DNA from: the human T2T-CHM13v2.0 reference genome, Homo sapiens
Reading direction: 5' to 3' (one strand)
Assembly: GCF_009914755.1 (NCBI RefSeq)
Contig: NC_060935.1
Length of the DNA stretch: 64,000 nucleotides
A program made the position numbers and the translations under genes. Position 1 is the stretch's first letter; each line of letters begins with the position of its first letter. Below, piece by piece: positions 42,233-54,275 of this stretch. A model generated the notes under the pieces. That model worked only from the letters and a program-made list of their open reading frames with translations, was not told the DNA's origin and ran no database searches.

Positions 42233-43847
42233 AAATTTTTAAAGCAGTTGCACAGATTTAAGGATAAGGTTGTTATCTGATTGATAACAATTCATTGGTT
42301 TCTACTTTTTCTCAGTGTGTTCCACTGATCCATCACTGTTGACCTATAAGGATTGGGAAGCCTTTCATTTTGTTTTGCTTCACAGCTTTCATCTGTCCAG
42401 CATGGAGTTCTACTTAAGGTCTCCATGTTAGAACAGCTTGTCTCCTTTGAACCCAAACAAATAACATCCATGTATTAATTTTCTACCTGCAATAATAGCA
42501 TGACAGCCTTGTTGTGGGTGACAGTTGCAATCACTTAACTTAGTTTTAGCTCTGGGAGATAGCTTGCCAGTTGTTCCCCTCTTTCTTTTTTCTCAAAAGA
42601 GGTGAAAGAGAGGGAGAAGTAGTTCTTGACCCAAGAGACAGGTTTAGTTGCTCTCACTAACCATCTGGCCACTATTGGAGAGGACCTAATAGACTCCAGG
42701 CAATGACATTTGCCATGCAAGTCAGTTTAATGAACCTGCCACAGAAAGCCCATCTTTAAAAAGCCACCCTATTAGGTCCTGGAGGCATCAGTCCTCAAGA
42801 AGGCTAAAAAGGGTGCACATCTCTGTCAGTAACAAAACATAACCAAGCCTCTTCTTGATGATGGGTTAGGGGGAAAAGAAAAGGAAATTCCATGAGGAGC
42901 TTTCTCAAAATATACCTGACCCCGACCTTCCTCCTGAGATACAGCTGAACTACTAAAAAGAAGTTATATATAAATTGTAAAGCCTGCCTGAATATTCAGA
43001 TAATCCCCCCACCCCACCCTAGCACCTTTCAGAGTTTCACCTGACTCCTCAAGTTAGTAGTAAGCAGACTTTTGGCATAAGCCACAAAAAGGGTAAGTTG
43101 TAGGTCGCCTTCTCCAAAATTATTTTTATGAGAAAATGTAATATCTGCAACTGTGTTAAGCATTTTTTTTAAAAAAAACTATTATTGATTACTGCTTATT
43201 TTTTTATGGCTACGATTTCTGAAGCTGTCTAGCATGTATGCAATCCTTATTGTAGTGCTACAATTTTTAGCAAATTTATATGCAAGATGAGTGGAGGGAG
43301 AGGGTTGAACTATTTGGGAGCGATGAGTTGCATTTTTACCACAGCACAATTCCCCTTCCCTCAGTTATAAAATTAACCATGCAGGCATTCTTTATGTAGT
43401 TAGAGGAGAGAGAAAGCCCATGATCAGCTGTTAAGAGGGCTGCAGGGAACACAGCAGCACAACTGAGATTCGAGGGTAAGGAAAATGTATTAAAAACACA
43501 TTGTGACTTTCAGATGTCCTTCACCAGTCTTAGACTATAGAAGAGATATAAATGAAAACTCTTACTGCAACTTATCTGGAAGGCAGAGGCAGACAGAGAG
43601 ACCTCTAATCCATCTCTTTAGTTCCTTTTTCTCTCACCCCATCTCCCACATTCTTTTGGCGTGGCAAGTCCCAAATGTCACATCCCCAGAGGCAGCCTCT
43701 GGTAGTAGCAGCTTCGAGGTCCCATCCTGTCAGTGAACGAAGGGGTGACTGGAATTGCTCAGTCTGGGGAGGATTTTCTTAATGCTCATCCACGAATAAG
43801 AAAATGGCATTGTCTACATGTTTTAATGTTTTGAAAAAAATGAGACT

Positions 43848-44037
43848 GGGGTTGAGCTGCCCGACAAAATGCAAGACACCCAGTTAAATTTAAATTTCAG
43901 ATAAACAATGCAGCAAATTTTTTGGAAAAGTGTGTTACAAATGTTGCATGGGACATATTAAAAAATATTTGATATGTATCTGAAATTCAAATTCACCTGA
44001 GCATCCTGCATTTTTACCTGCTATACCTGGCAACCTT
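43848..44037. mobile_element. MER53 palindromic hAT MITE
   Basis: Arms CCCAGTTAAATTTAAATTTCAGATAAACAA and TATCTGAAATTCAAATTCACCTG; centre TTGCATGGGACATA; end CTGGCAACC; about 190 bp. Confidence 0.85.
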
Positions 44038-44659
44038 CAACTCAGACCACATTAAAAAACTAGGCCATGACGAAGCAGGTAACTGACATTCAGGGTTTGT
44101 ACTCACTTTCCAACTGTTAAGTGCTTTCTCTGGGCTCGAATTCACAAAGACCAGCACCCTTGTGGTACCCATTTGATCTGTTCCTACCCCTGAGTTTCAC
44201 CTCCTCCCCTCTCCCCCATGCTTTTTAGGAAAGGAATCTGCAGACCGTGATTTTAGAGTAAGATGCTCCATTACTGCACTCAGGGCGGGTGCCTGGAAGG
44301 CTGGGAGAGTGCGAGCAGGAGAAAAGAAAACAGACAAAGCAAATTTTCAATACCTCGCATCTTGCCAAGGATGAGCTCTGTTTAGTTAGAACATATTCAT
44401 TTTTTTCACAAAGACCTTTGAGTTCCTTCAGGGAGCCAGCATTCCTTTGTTTTCTCTGCATGATTGTCCACTTGCTGGTGGAATCCCTTCTCAATTTCTA
44501 CCTGTGTGTCTCCACCCTTCACCATGTAACATATAAGGGTTCCTTTGGCTTTATTTGATATGAATTTATGGGTAAACCAGGTTTGGTGAATTTGTTGTGA
44601 ATAGTTGGCAATGAAAAATATTATTCCACTACCTGGGACCATCTTCTAGTGTGATATCA

Positions 44660-44860
44660 TAGTGGTCCATGTGAGGGCTTGAAAATCAGCCACACCTTGA
44701 TTTGAGTCCCTTTTCTGTTACCTACTACCATCTTTGTCTTTTTAGGAAATTAACATAACTTTTATGAACCAAATTTTTTATCTTTGAAATAGTAATAGTA
44801 GTGACTTAATTGGGTCTTGGAGTGCATTAAAAAAGAATATGAATATCAAGTGACAAGCAG
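44660..44860 (+). mobile_element. MIR
   Basis: GAGGGCTTGAAAATCAG...TTTGAGTCCC...AAATAGTAATAGTA. Confidence 0.5.
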
Positions 44861-45070
44861 GATGGGAACACAATGTCCCTCTTTCCCCTCCACTTCCCCA
44901 TAGGGCTGTATCACAAATAGTTAATATTGTTAACCCAAATTAGAACTCTGGGCTTCTGAATCATACCCTACTCGCTAAATCATTCTGCTCATAAATAGAG
45001 ATATTTTTATAGATTTTGGAAGGGAAGATTATGAAAAAGGGCTTTGATTCTTACTTAAAAGAAAGAAATT

Positions 45071-45381
45071 GGCCTAGCATGGTGGCTCACGCCTGTTAAT
45101 CCCAGCACTTTGGCAGGCCAAGGCGGGCGGATCACGAGGTCAGGAGATCGAGACCATCCCGGCTAACATGGTGAAACCCCGTCTCTACTAAAAATACAAA
45201 AAATTAGCTGGGCATAATGGTGGGCACCTGTAGTCCTCGGGAGGCTGAGGCAGGAAAATGGCGTGAACCTGGGAGGCGGAGCTTGCAGTGAGCCAAGATC
45301 GTGCCACTGCACTCCAGCCTGGGCAACAGAGTGAGACTCCATCTCAAAAAAAAAAAAAAAAAACAAAGAAGAAAGAAAAAA
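45071..45381 (+). mobile_element. AluY-type element with a 7-nt deletion (CAGCTAC)
   Basis: Y diagnostics GAGATCGAGACCATCC, GGCTAAC, ATGGCGTGAACC and GAGCTTGCAGTG; poly(A) tail. Confidence 0.93.
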
Positions 45382-45829
45382 TTTAGGAATGACCAGCTGG
45401 TCTCCTCATCTAGGCTGGGAAATAAATACCACAGTTATCCTGAGGAGTGAGACATGCCATTTTTTATAAGGGTAGAGGGAAATGGGGGAAGGAAGAGGAA
45501 TCATAAAACTACCTCTCATCTGTTCCTATTCAGACAATGGAATAACTGAAGATTCTTAATAAAGAAGATTTCATCCATTAATTTGTTTCATATTTAGCAA
45601 TGCTATGTAGAGTTTGAAATATTTTCAGGAATTGAAAAGTGGTAATAAAATTGATGTAAAGTGAAGAAAATTTCAAGGAGGAGACTGATATACAGACAAC
45701 CCTGCTTGTACTTTATGAATGACTCCAAGTGGATAAGCAATCAATATTTTCCCGTGAAGAAACATGGTGTTGGGACACTATTGCGTTGCTTAGTTCCAGT
45801 TCTAACTAGGCTCTAGGAAAGCCCCTAAC

Positions 45830-45985
45830 CAATAAGGGTGGTAAGTGGATAGGTTCTGGAGTCAAGAAATAAGGCTTTGAATAAGTGCTCTGCCACTCAC
45901 CAGGTATGCAACATTTGGACAATTTACCAAAACCCATCTAACCCCTCATTTTCTTATTGGTATAAAATAGGATTCCAGTAGTGTT
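45830..45985 (+). mobile_element. MIR
   Basis: GGTTCTGGAGTCA...GCTCTGCCACTCACCAG...CCTCATTTTCTTATTGGTATAAAATAGG. Confidence 0.6.
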
Positions 45986-45994
45986 CTTCTCTCC

Positions 45995-46530
45995 TCAGAA
46001 AGTGCTGAGTGCCTAATATGTGCTTGGCTGTGTGCTCAAAGTGCTGAGGATACATGAACAAAACAAGATAGACAATGACAGATCATAACAGCATGAAAAA
46101 AATAAATAAGAGGACATGAGAGAGACAAACTCTGTCTCATGAGAGAGAGAGTGGGCGGTTGCTTTAATAGGTGGTCCTGGAAAGCCTGTCTTTCAGGTGA
46201 TATTTCTGCTAAGATCCGAATAGAAGAGAGAATCAGTCCTGCAAAGAACAACAATAGCAACAACAAAAAAAGGCAAAAACCTTCCAGGGGATGAAACAGC
46301 AAGTGCAAATGTGCTGAACCAAAAAAGAACTTGATGTGTTGCAAAATGAGCAAGGAAGGAGGGGTGTGAGTTGAGGTCAGTGAGAGAATCAAGGCCTTTA
46401 GCACATGGTGAAAAGTTCAGGTTTCATTTTAAGTGCAAAGTAAGTCCATGAGGATTTTTAAAGGGATGGCATGATCTGATTTATACTTTTGAAAAATCAC
46501 TGTGGCTGCTATGGGGGAAAATGGACATTA
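45995..46530 (-). mobile_element. L2 3' fragment
   Basis: TGCTGAGTGCCTAATATGTGC...AACAGCAAGTGCAAA...GGCATGATCTGATTTATACTTTTGAAAAATCACTGTGGCTGCT. Confidence 0.8.
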
Positions 46531-46744
46531 ATGTCTGGTACGTAGTGTCAAATAAATGCTAGTAATTAATATACTATTATTTATGTAATGGTACCTCTGC
46601 TACACATTATTGTTGATATTACTATTGATTCACACTCAAAGTATTAATGAAAGTGTCCTGTGTATGACGAGCCTGTGCAGAAATTAAAATGATATGGCAA
46701 CTACTACTAAGTAGGATAAGTTATTCTGCAGCAAATGTTGTTTG

Positions 46745-46900
46745 TGTGTAGGCTTGAGCAAGTTAATCTCTATGAATTTCAGTCCTTTGATTTGTAAAAT
46801 GGTAATAATAGTAAAGCAATTGTAGGATCTAAATGAGAAAACGTATATAAAATGCGTAGTAGAGTGACAGATAGTAGGCAAATAACTAATATTACCCATT
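46745..46900 (+). mobile_element. MIR
   Basis: CTTGAGCAAGTTAATCTCT...TTTGTAAAATGGTAATAATAGTA. Confidence 0.65.
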
Positions 46901-47039
46901 ATTACCATTTTAAGTGTATACAGAAAGGGAAAAAAAGAATTGGCTACATTTTTTAGCTTCAGACTCTTAAGAACATGAAATATATACAGAAATAAATGCA
47001 TAGCAATTAGTATGAGCATCTATTCTCTTACAATCATGT

Positions 47040-47485
47040 ATAGCCCTTTCCCTTATTCCTGTCACTATAGGGAATCTCTTCCAATTAGTTCATGGAGAAT
47101 CCTTACCAAAAATGGGGTAGATCTTATTTTCCTATAACCACAGAGGTGAATATATGGCCCAGAGTTGGACAAACTACAGTGTTCCCTTCCCAGCCATAGT
47201 GATTGGTTCAGAGTAGGGCATGTGACCCAAGCTTGGCCAGTCAGGGTCTATCCATGGACTTATCTGCCACAGCAATAAGAAAAGACTGTTGCTTTCCTAG
47301 AGTGGAAATGCAGATAAGTTGAGTCTAGGGCTACCACTAGCCCTTTTTGCTTATTGAGAGATAGAGTGACAGAGTCCTGACAACAGTATTTAAGGCTCTG
47401 AACCAAACAATACCTAAAACCAGCCTTCCTACCTGACATCTCCAGTTACATGAATCAATAAATTCTCTTTTTGCTTAAACCGGTA
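47040..47485 (+). mobile_element. MLT1K/L-like LTR
   Basis: GCCATAGTGATTGGTTCAG...GGGCATGTGACCCAAGC and 3' CAATAAATTCTCTTTTTGCTTAA. Confidence 0.65.
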
Positions 47486-48299
47486 TGATGAATCAATGAT
47501 TCTTGTCTAATAGAACCATGCAATTTAAGATCAGTTCTGGAAGTACATTCATCCATTTGGGGCACAAATTTGCTGTTCCCCAAAACAAATCCTTTACTTG
47601 GTTTAGGAAAAGGGATTGAGAAATAGTGTTAGGTGCAAAAGAAGTGTTGATAGTTAAGACTCTATTATCTAATGGAAAGGTAGATGGGAATGTTTCCCTT
47701 CCCAGAGCCCTGCTATTCTTCCTACTTTTCATCTGTCCTCTCACCTGACACCCGAATGCCCTCATGTGTTGGGTCACCTTCAGTTCTGAGAGCTTTCTGA
47801 GTCTTTTATGCTGCCTAGTCCATCTGCTGTTGATGCCGCTCCAGCTGTTACTGCCGAAAGCTGAGTGCAAAACTTTTAAATACACTGCCAAGTATGTTTA
47901 AGGGGTTTATATGAATGAAAAACGACCAAAAAAAAAAATGTGGATGAGTCCTAAGAGGATTTCTTCTTTCTCACTTCTAAAGCATTAACAGAGTTTGGAA
48001 ATAAAGTCTGCTATACTTAAGTTCTCAATAAATATTTTAGGAAATCAAGATAGCTTCAAGAAATGTAAAATTTTAAGGCCTTACCTTCTTATGAAATCTC
48101 ACAGACATTTCATATGATTTAGTTTAATACTGTGTCAAGATATTTATCCATTTATTCAGGCGGTAAAGCTACACATTTCCAGGAATGAATTTAATTAAGC
48201 ACAACTCTTCCTTACTGCCTAGCACCCCTCCTTTAATGCTTACCATGCTTTTGACCCCAACTCACACTCTGCATGCACGTGAGATAGCATGACGTAACA

Positions 48300-48490
48300 A
48301 GAGGCAGCACAGTATAATAAGAACATATGGGCTTTGGATTTCCTATTCCCAGATCTCTGCCCACACGTCCTAGGTCTATCGATCTTGGGCCAGGCACTTC
48401 ACTTCTCTGTGCATTGGCCTTCTCGTCAGGAAAATATTACCTATCCTGTAAAGTTGTTTGTATTTAAAAATAGTATTAATACAGGTGTGT
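48300..48490 (+). mobile_element. MIR interrupted by the MST LTR
   Basis: GAGGCAGCACAGTATAA...GATCTTGGGCCAGGCACTTCACTTCTCTGTGC. Confidence 0.6.
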
Positions 48491-48492
48491 TG

Positions 48493-48902
48493 TGATATAG
48501 TTTGGATATGTGTCCTTGCCCAAATCTCATAGTGAAATGTAATTCCCACTGTTGGAGGTAGGGCCTAGTGGGAGATAATTGGATCATGGGAGTAGATTTC
48601 TCATGAATGGTTTACCACCATCCCTCTTGATCCTGTTCTCATGATAGTGAGTGAGTTCTCATGAGATCTGTTTGTTTAAAAGTGTGTACTACCTCACCCC
48701 TCGGTCTCTTGCTCCTGCTTTCACCATGTAATGTGCAAACTCCTGTTTCACCTTCTGCTATGATTGTAAGCTTCTAGAGGCCTCCCCAGAAGCAGATGCT
48801 TTCTGTACAGCCTGCAGAACCATGAACCAAATAAACGTCTTTTCTTATAAATTACCCAGTCTCAGATATTTCTTAATAGCAATGCAACAATGGCCTAATA
48901 CA
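48493..48902 (+). mobile_element. MSTA-like solo LTR
   Basis: TGATATAGTTTGGAT...GGCCTAATACA; TSD TGTTG/TGATG (one mismatch). Confidence 0.9.
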
Positions 48903-48982
48903 TGATGTCTCATAGTGTCTTACATATTATAATAGATTATTTCCATCAGTAGCAGAGTATAGTGGTTAAAAGCTCAGGCTCT

Positions 48983-49285
48983 GTCTGGGTGCAGTGGCCA
49001 CACCTATAATCCCAGCAAGTTGGGAGGCCGAAGCAGGAGAATCACTTGAGGCCAGGAAACTGAGACCAGCCTGGGCAACTTAGTGAGACCCCATGTCTAC
49101 AAAAAATAAAAATAAAAAATTAGCCTGGATGGTGGTGCATGCCCATAGTCCTAGATACTCAGGAGGAAGGCTGAGAAGGGAGGACTGTTTGAGCCCAGGA
49201 TTTCAAGCCTGCAGTGAGCTATGATTGTGCTACTGAATTCCAGCCTGGGTAACAGAGTGAAACCCTGTCTCTTTAAAAACAAACT
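48983..49285 (+). mobile_element. AluJ inserted in a MIR (MIR ~48950-48983 and 49299-49470)
   Basis: J-type GAGCTATGATTG and TTGAGCCCAGGA. TSD A(G/A)CTCAGG(C/T)TCTG at 48971-48983 and 49286-49298. Confidence 0.9.
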
Positions 49286-51479
49286 AACTCAGGTTCTGAA
49301 ATCCAACTGCTGGGGTTTGAATCCCAGCCTCTTCACTTACTAGCTTTGTTGTATTAGGCAAGTTGCTTATCCTCTCAAAGCTGCAATTTCCTCATCTTTA
49401 ATGGGGAAATATTGATAGTATCTATCTTGTTAGTGTGCCATGGAGATTAAATGAAATGTTGGTAAATCATCATTTTTCTCAAACTTACTCAGTGAAATAG
49501 TAGTGAATTATCACAAAAGCAACATTCTAGTTATAGGATAACATGAAAGGGGAATTAAGAATTTTTGAGTATCTAGTATGGACCATGGCTTATGACTAGA
49601 GCAGTGAAAAAACTTATTGTGGTGTTTACACATCTGCATTCATATAGCATTGATACAACATTTGGGTGCTTTATAGTAATAAATCTGAAAACTAGCTCAG
49701 TGTTGTGGCCAGAGTAAAGTAATAGTTTTTAAATTTTTTTTTCTATTCATTCCTTTACAACTAGAGCAAGATGTGTCAGGTGTATCATACATTTCCAAAC
49801 ATTGTCATGTAAAGAGGACACTTTAAATTTTCATTAAATCTCATAGTGATAGTTATAAATGATAGGATAAATTCCATTTCAAAATAATTACCAATATTTT
49901 CTGTAAATTCAGTAGATTCTTGTAAGATTTATATTTTGAATACATTACAGAATATCGTACATTATATATAGAGAGTATTTCTTGCCTACTTGTGCCTTCT
50001 AATTAATCTTACATAGTAACAAAAGGAAGATATTTCTAGTAGTGAAGATCAGTGTACGTGCAGAACCATATTATTACAACATAGGAATCTGTAAGCACGA
50101 TGAAAAACAGCCAAAGGACATGCATCAGAAATTAAATCCAGTGGAAAATATGGCAATCATTTTAATTTACTGAAGCAAGCACCTACACAAAGCAAGAACA
50201 CAGAGCAGAGATAAAAATGCTGTAGAATAGAGCTCAGGAAAGTAGTGTAAGAAGAAAAATAAATGGAAATAAATGTGGAATTAGAAAGACAAAGGAGAAT
50301 GAACATTGCTAAAAATACAGCATGGGTCATAAAAAGTGACCAAAATAAAATAGGTAAAGAGTTTTCAAGGATTAGATAGCAAATTACAGGTATAGAAGAG
50401 AAGACAGGCACAGGAGATCCCCAGAATGCATAAATTGAGTCCCAAGTGTTGGTTAGAAAAAGGTGATGTTTGGTTTGAAGACTAATGAGCTAGAACTTGC
50501 CTGTGCCACCCTCATATGCAAATGTCCCACAGACTGTTGGAAGTGCAGGTCTGTTACTCAGGGAAGAGATGAATGCTACCTCACTGATACGTTTGTTTTT
50601 ACATTCAGAGAGTGGCCTGGGTAACCTACTGCACAGCAAAATAACCTGCATGCCTGGCTGGTCACAATTCCATCCATTATAACCACTAATACTCACAGGT
50701 AAAGAACGAATCTTCATCTTGCTTGCTTACTATGTTATTTTTCTCCAACTATTCAATTAATATTTTATTACATATAATAATAGCAACAGAGATAATTCAG
50801 ATGGATAGCATTCCCAGAATGTTCACAAACATCCTCTAAATAAAGCTTTTGTCACCTTAGAGCATAAAATGCCTGCCTAGAGCAATTACATGACAAATAC
50901 AACTTTCACATACTGACATCTTCCCTTCCTGTGCACTGGAGAGGGCATAATGGGAACCAAATGGCCAAAGGGCAAGGAATAGGACAGAAAAGGCAGGCAC
51001 AGAAGGGCTTGAGCTAATAGCCAGATATAAGTAACCTTTACTCCATGATGCTGACATCCATTTAATATAGGCCTCTGAAAATTGCTAGCAGTTTGATATG
51101 GGATTTTAGAAGTCATATGTTTTGAAACTTAACTAATCCCTTGTTTTTAATTTAATTTTTATGCATGTGTAACAAAGTCAAGCTACGTTAATTAGGTTAA
51201 ATTTCATGACCACACCTTTTATACAAGGAAATCAGGACAATGGAAAACAATTTTTCTCTTCATCTTTCTAAGGTACATGGATTAAGGACTGAAAAAGCAG
51301 CCATTTGGGTTTGGACACTGTCAGTTTATTTTAGTATATAATTTGTCCTTTGAGGCATGGTGAAACATTTATGATTTCAAGAACTAGGGCAACTAAAGGT
51401 GGAAAAGTAGAAATGGCTCTTTACTTATTTATGTGCATGCTCTGATTGAAAGACATACAGGGAAGAATCTCAGAACCTG

Positions 51480-51690
51480 TGGTCTAATACCATACTATCT
51501 GATTTTGGATCCTGGCTCTAACTCTTACTATTTTTATGACCTTGTGTAAGGCAGTTAATATCTCTGTACCTCCATTTCCTCATCTGTAAAATAAAAATGA
51601 TCATGAGCCTATTTTGGTGACAATTAATTCTCATAAATCACTCATAACAGTACTCAGCACATAACATGCACTCAATTAATTTTAACTCCC
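51480..51690 (+). mobile_element. MIR
   Basis: GATCCTGGCTCTA...TGACCTTG...TCTCTGTACCTCCATTTCCTCATCTGTAAAAT. Confidence 0.75.
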
Positions 51691-52006
51691 ATTAATTGCA
51701 TCTTTACAAGCAATCAGAAAATTATACTTTCTTACTGAAAAATACAATCTTAGGTATCGTTGACAGTGTACCAAAAATTCAGTTAAAGAATACTTATATT
51801 TCATATCCATAGTTCAAATATAACATTTGTGGGAGTTTCTCTACTCTCTGAGGGGTGATAGGCACATGAAACGCTCCTGGGTAGGGGGTAAGGGTAGATA
51901 AAATTGCATGAAAAGTCTTACTTTATAACATGTATACATTATCACACATTATTATATTTAAATCTCTCAGCAACACAATGAAATAAATAGGTATTACTAT
52001 TATCTC

Positions 52007-52450
52007 TGATATGCATTGAACTGTGTTCATCTAAAAAATGATATGTTGAAATTCTCACCCTCATTACCTCAGAACATGAACTTATTTGGATGTAGAGTCA
52101 TTGAAGATGTAATTAGTTAAGATGAAGCCATCCTGGAGCAGGGTGGGCCTCTAACCCAGTGTGACTAGTATCCTTATAAGAAGATGGTTATGTGAAGATG
52201 GAGATACACAGGAAGAACACCATGTCACCACAAAGGCAGAGGTTGAAGTTATACTACTCCAAGCCAAAAAATGACAAAGATTGCGGGAAAACCACCAGAA
52301 ACTAGGAAGAGGCAGGGCAAGAGTACCCTCCAAGCTTCAGAGGGAGCATGGCCCTTCAGAGGGAGCAGACTTCAGACTTCTAGCCCCTACAATTGTGATA
52401 CAATAAATTTATGTTGTTTTAAACTACCCAATCTGTGGCACTTTGTTTCC
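52007..52450 (+). mobile_element. MLT1C-like LTR inserted in a minus-strand MIR
   Basis: GATGTAATTAGTTAAGATGA, CCACCAGAAACTAGGAAGAGGCA and CTTCAGAGGGAGCATGGCCC. MIR halves on both flanks. Confidence 0.85.
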
Positions 52451-53569
52451 ACATCCCTAGGAAACTGAAATAATCCTCTTTTCACAGATAAGGAAACTCA
52501 GGCCTAGAGAGTAAGATCACACAACTAGTAGGTAAAGGAAACCATTTTTGCATTCAAAGCACAACTTTTTCTATTGAGACATCTTGTCTCTTTCCATCAT
52601 TCCTTTGCACACTGTTCACTCCAGCCGTGCTCTTCATAACCCTTCCTCAAACATGCCAGTCATGGACCCTCTTTATCTTTGGTCATAGGGAAAAAATATA
52701 TATTTATTTGTCGGCTCCCCCATGCCAGGCATCTCACTGGGCAGTTTTCATATGCAATGTTCTCTCAGTCTTGCATATGAAATGAATTTTCTGCCATTTT
52801 TCCTACATGAAAATCCTCATTCTTCAACTGCCAAGTGAAATTCTCCAAATCCATCAAGCTTTCCATCTATGTTGTCAGAATTATTTTTTTTCTGTTTATT
52901 TCCATTGATCTCTAATTATTTATTATTCCATTTATCTCTAATTTTTGTTTGTAGGTGATTCATAGTCTATAGCATTCTGTCAATTTCACTGAATTTTAAG
53001 ATCTTTAGAGACAGGGTCAGAAATGTAATAGCCCTTTAAGGAACAACAGACAAAGTCACTAAAATTTTTACTTAGACTCCACAATCTGAAATGTAGCTTT
53101 TCCTGATTTACATATGCCATATGCAATCTTTGTCTTATTTTCCAAACCAAAAATTGGTCAGCAGGCTGTTAAGAACAGAAGAGCGAAAACTTCCCTGATG
53201 GTATATGAGGCCTGAACGTTTATTAGTTTTTGTTATTGTTTTTGTGTTTAAATTGGTTCTCTATTTACTGTACCATTGACCTCTCTTCCTCACTCTCATA
53301 CCTTCTGTTCAATTTGAAATTTCACTGAATGTTTAGACATCCAAAACTGAGAGCTCACTCAGTTTCAACACTCAATAAAAAGGTGAGATAAAAGCTTAAA
53401 TTTTCATAAAGTAAAAGTCAAAATTTGTACTTTAGAACATGGTTTCAGAAAATAATAACAACAATATAGGAAAACAAAGGAAAATCAAAATCTGAATGAT
53501 TTAGTTAAAATTGTATTGAAGCAATTTGATTTTGGCAATATTGTTCCCTCTGAAGAAATTGTAGGAGGC

Positions 53570-53978
53570 GGTATTAGGTCGTTCTTGCATTGCTATAAAG
53601 AAATAACTGAAACTGGGTGATTTATAAAGAAAAGATGTTTAATTGGCTCATGGTTCTACAGGCTGTACAGGAAGCATAGTCCTGGCATCTGCTTGGCTTC
53701 TGATGAGGCTTAAGGAAGCTTATAATCACGGTGGAAGGCAAAGGGAGAGCCGGTGTCTCACATGGCAGAAGCAGGAGCAAGAGAGAGAGGGCGGGGGAGG
53801 AAATGCCACATTTTACAACCACCAGATCATGTGAGAACTCACTTATTTCAAAGACAGCACCCAGCCATGAGGGATCCACCCCCATGACTCAAACACCTCC
53901 CACCAGACCCCACCTCCAATAGTAAGGATTACAATTCAACGTGAGATTTGGGCAGGGATAAATATCCAAAGTATATCA
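53570..53978 (-). mobile_element. MSTB-like solo LTR
   Basis: GTATTAGGTCGTTCTTGCATTGCTATAAAG...ATCCAAAGTATATCA; TSD GAGGC/GAGAC. Confidence 0.9.
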
Positions 53979-54189
53979 GAGACTCTTCATAATTTGAATT
54001 CTGTAAATTTCATTTCTTGTTCATAATTTTCCCATAAAATTTATGCTAAAAAAATTCTTAATACCCACACACACTTAACACATTATGCCAGTAACTGGCA
54101 CAAACCATGACTTATCATATTAAGCCGAGTCAGGCTGATCTCACTGCTGCTTCGAGGTACCCATAAAATGCAGCAGAACTACTGCACAT

Positions 54190-54275
54190 TGCAGGTGAGC
54201 TAGACTCTGCTGCGCTCGCCACGCAGGTTCCCAGAACCGGGAAAATCCTTTTGCTGTAGAACAATTTGCGTTACA
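54190..54275. promoter_or_regulatory. Candidate regulatory element (STAT GAS site next to a kB-like site; local CpG cluster)
   Basis: TTCCCAGAA at 54228-54236 and GGGAAAATCC at 54239-54248. Motif evidence only. Confidence 0.3.
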
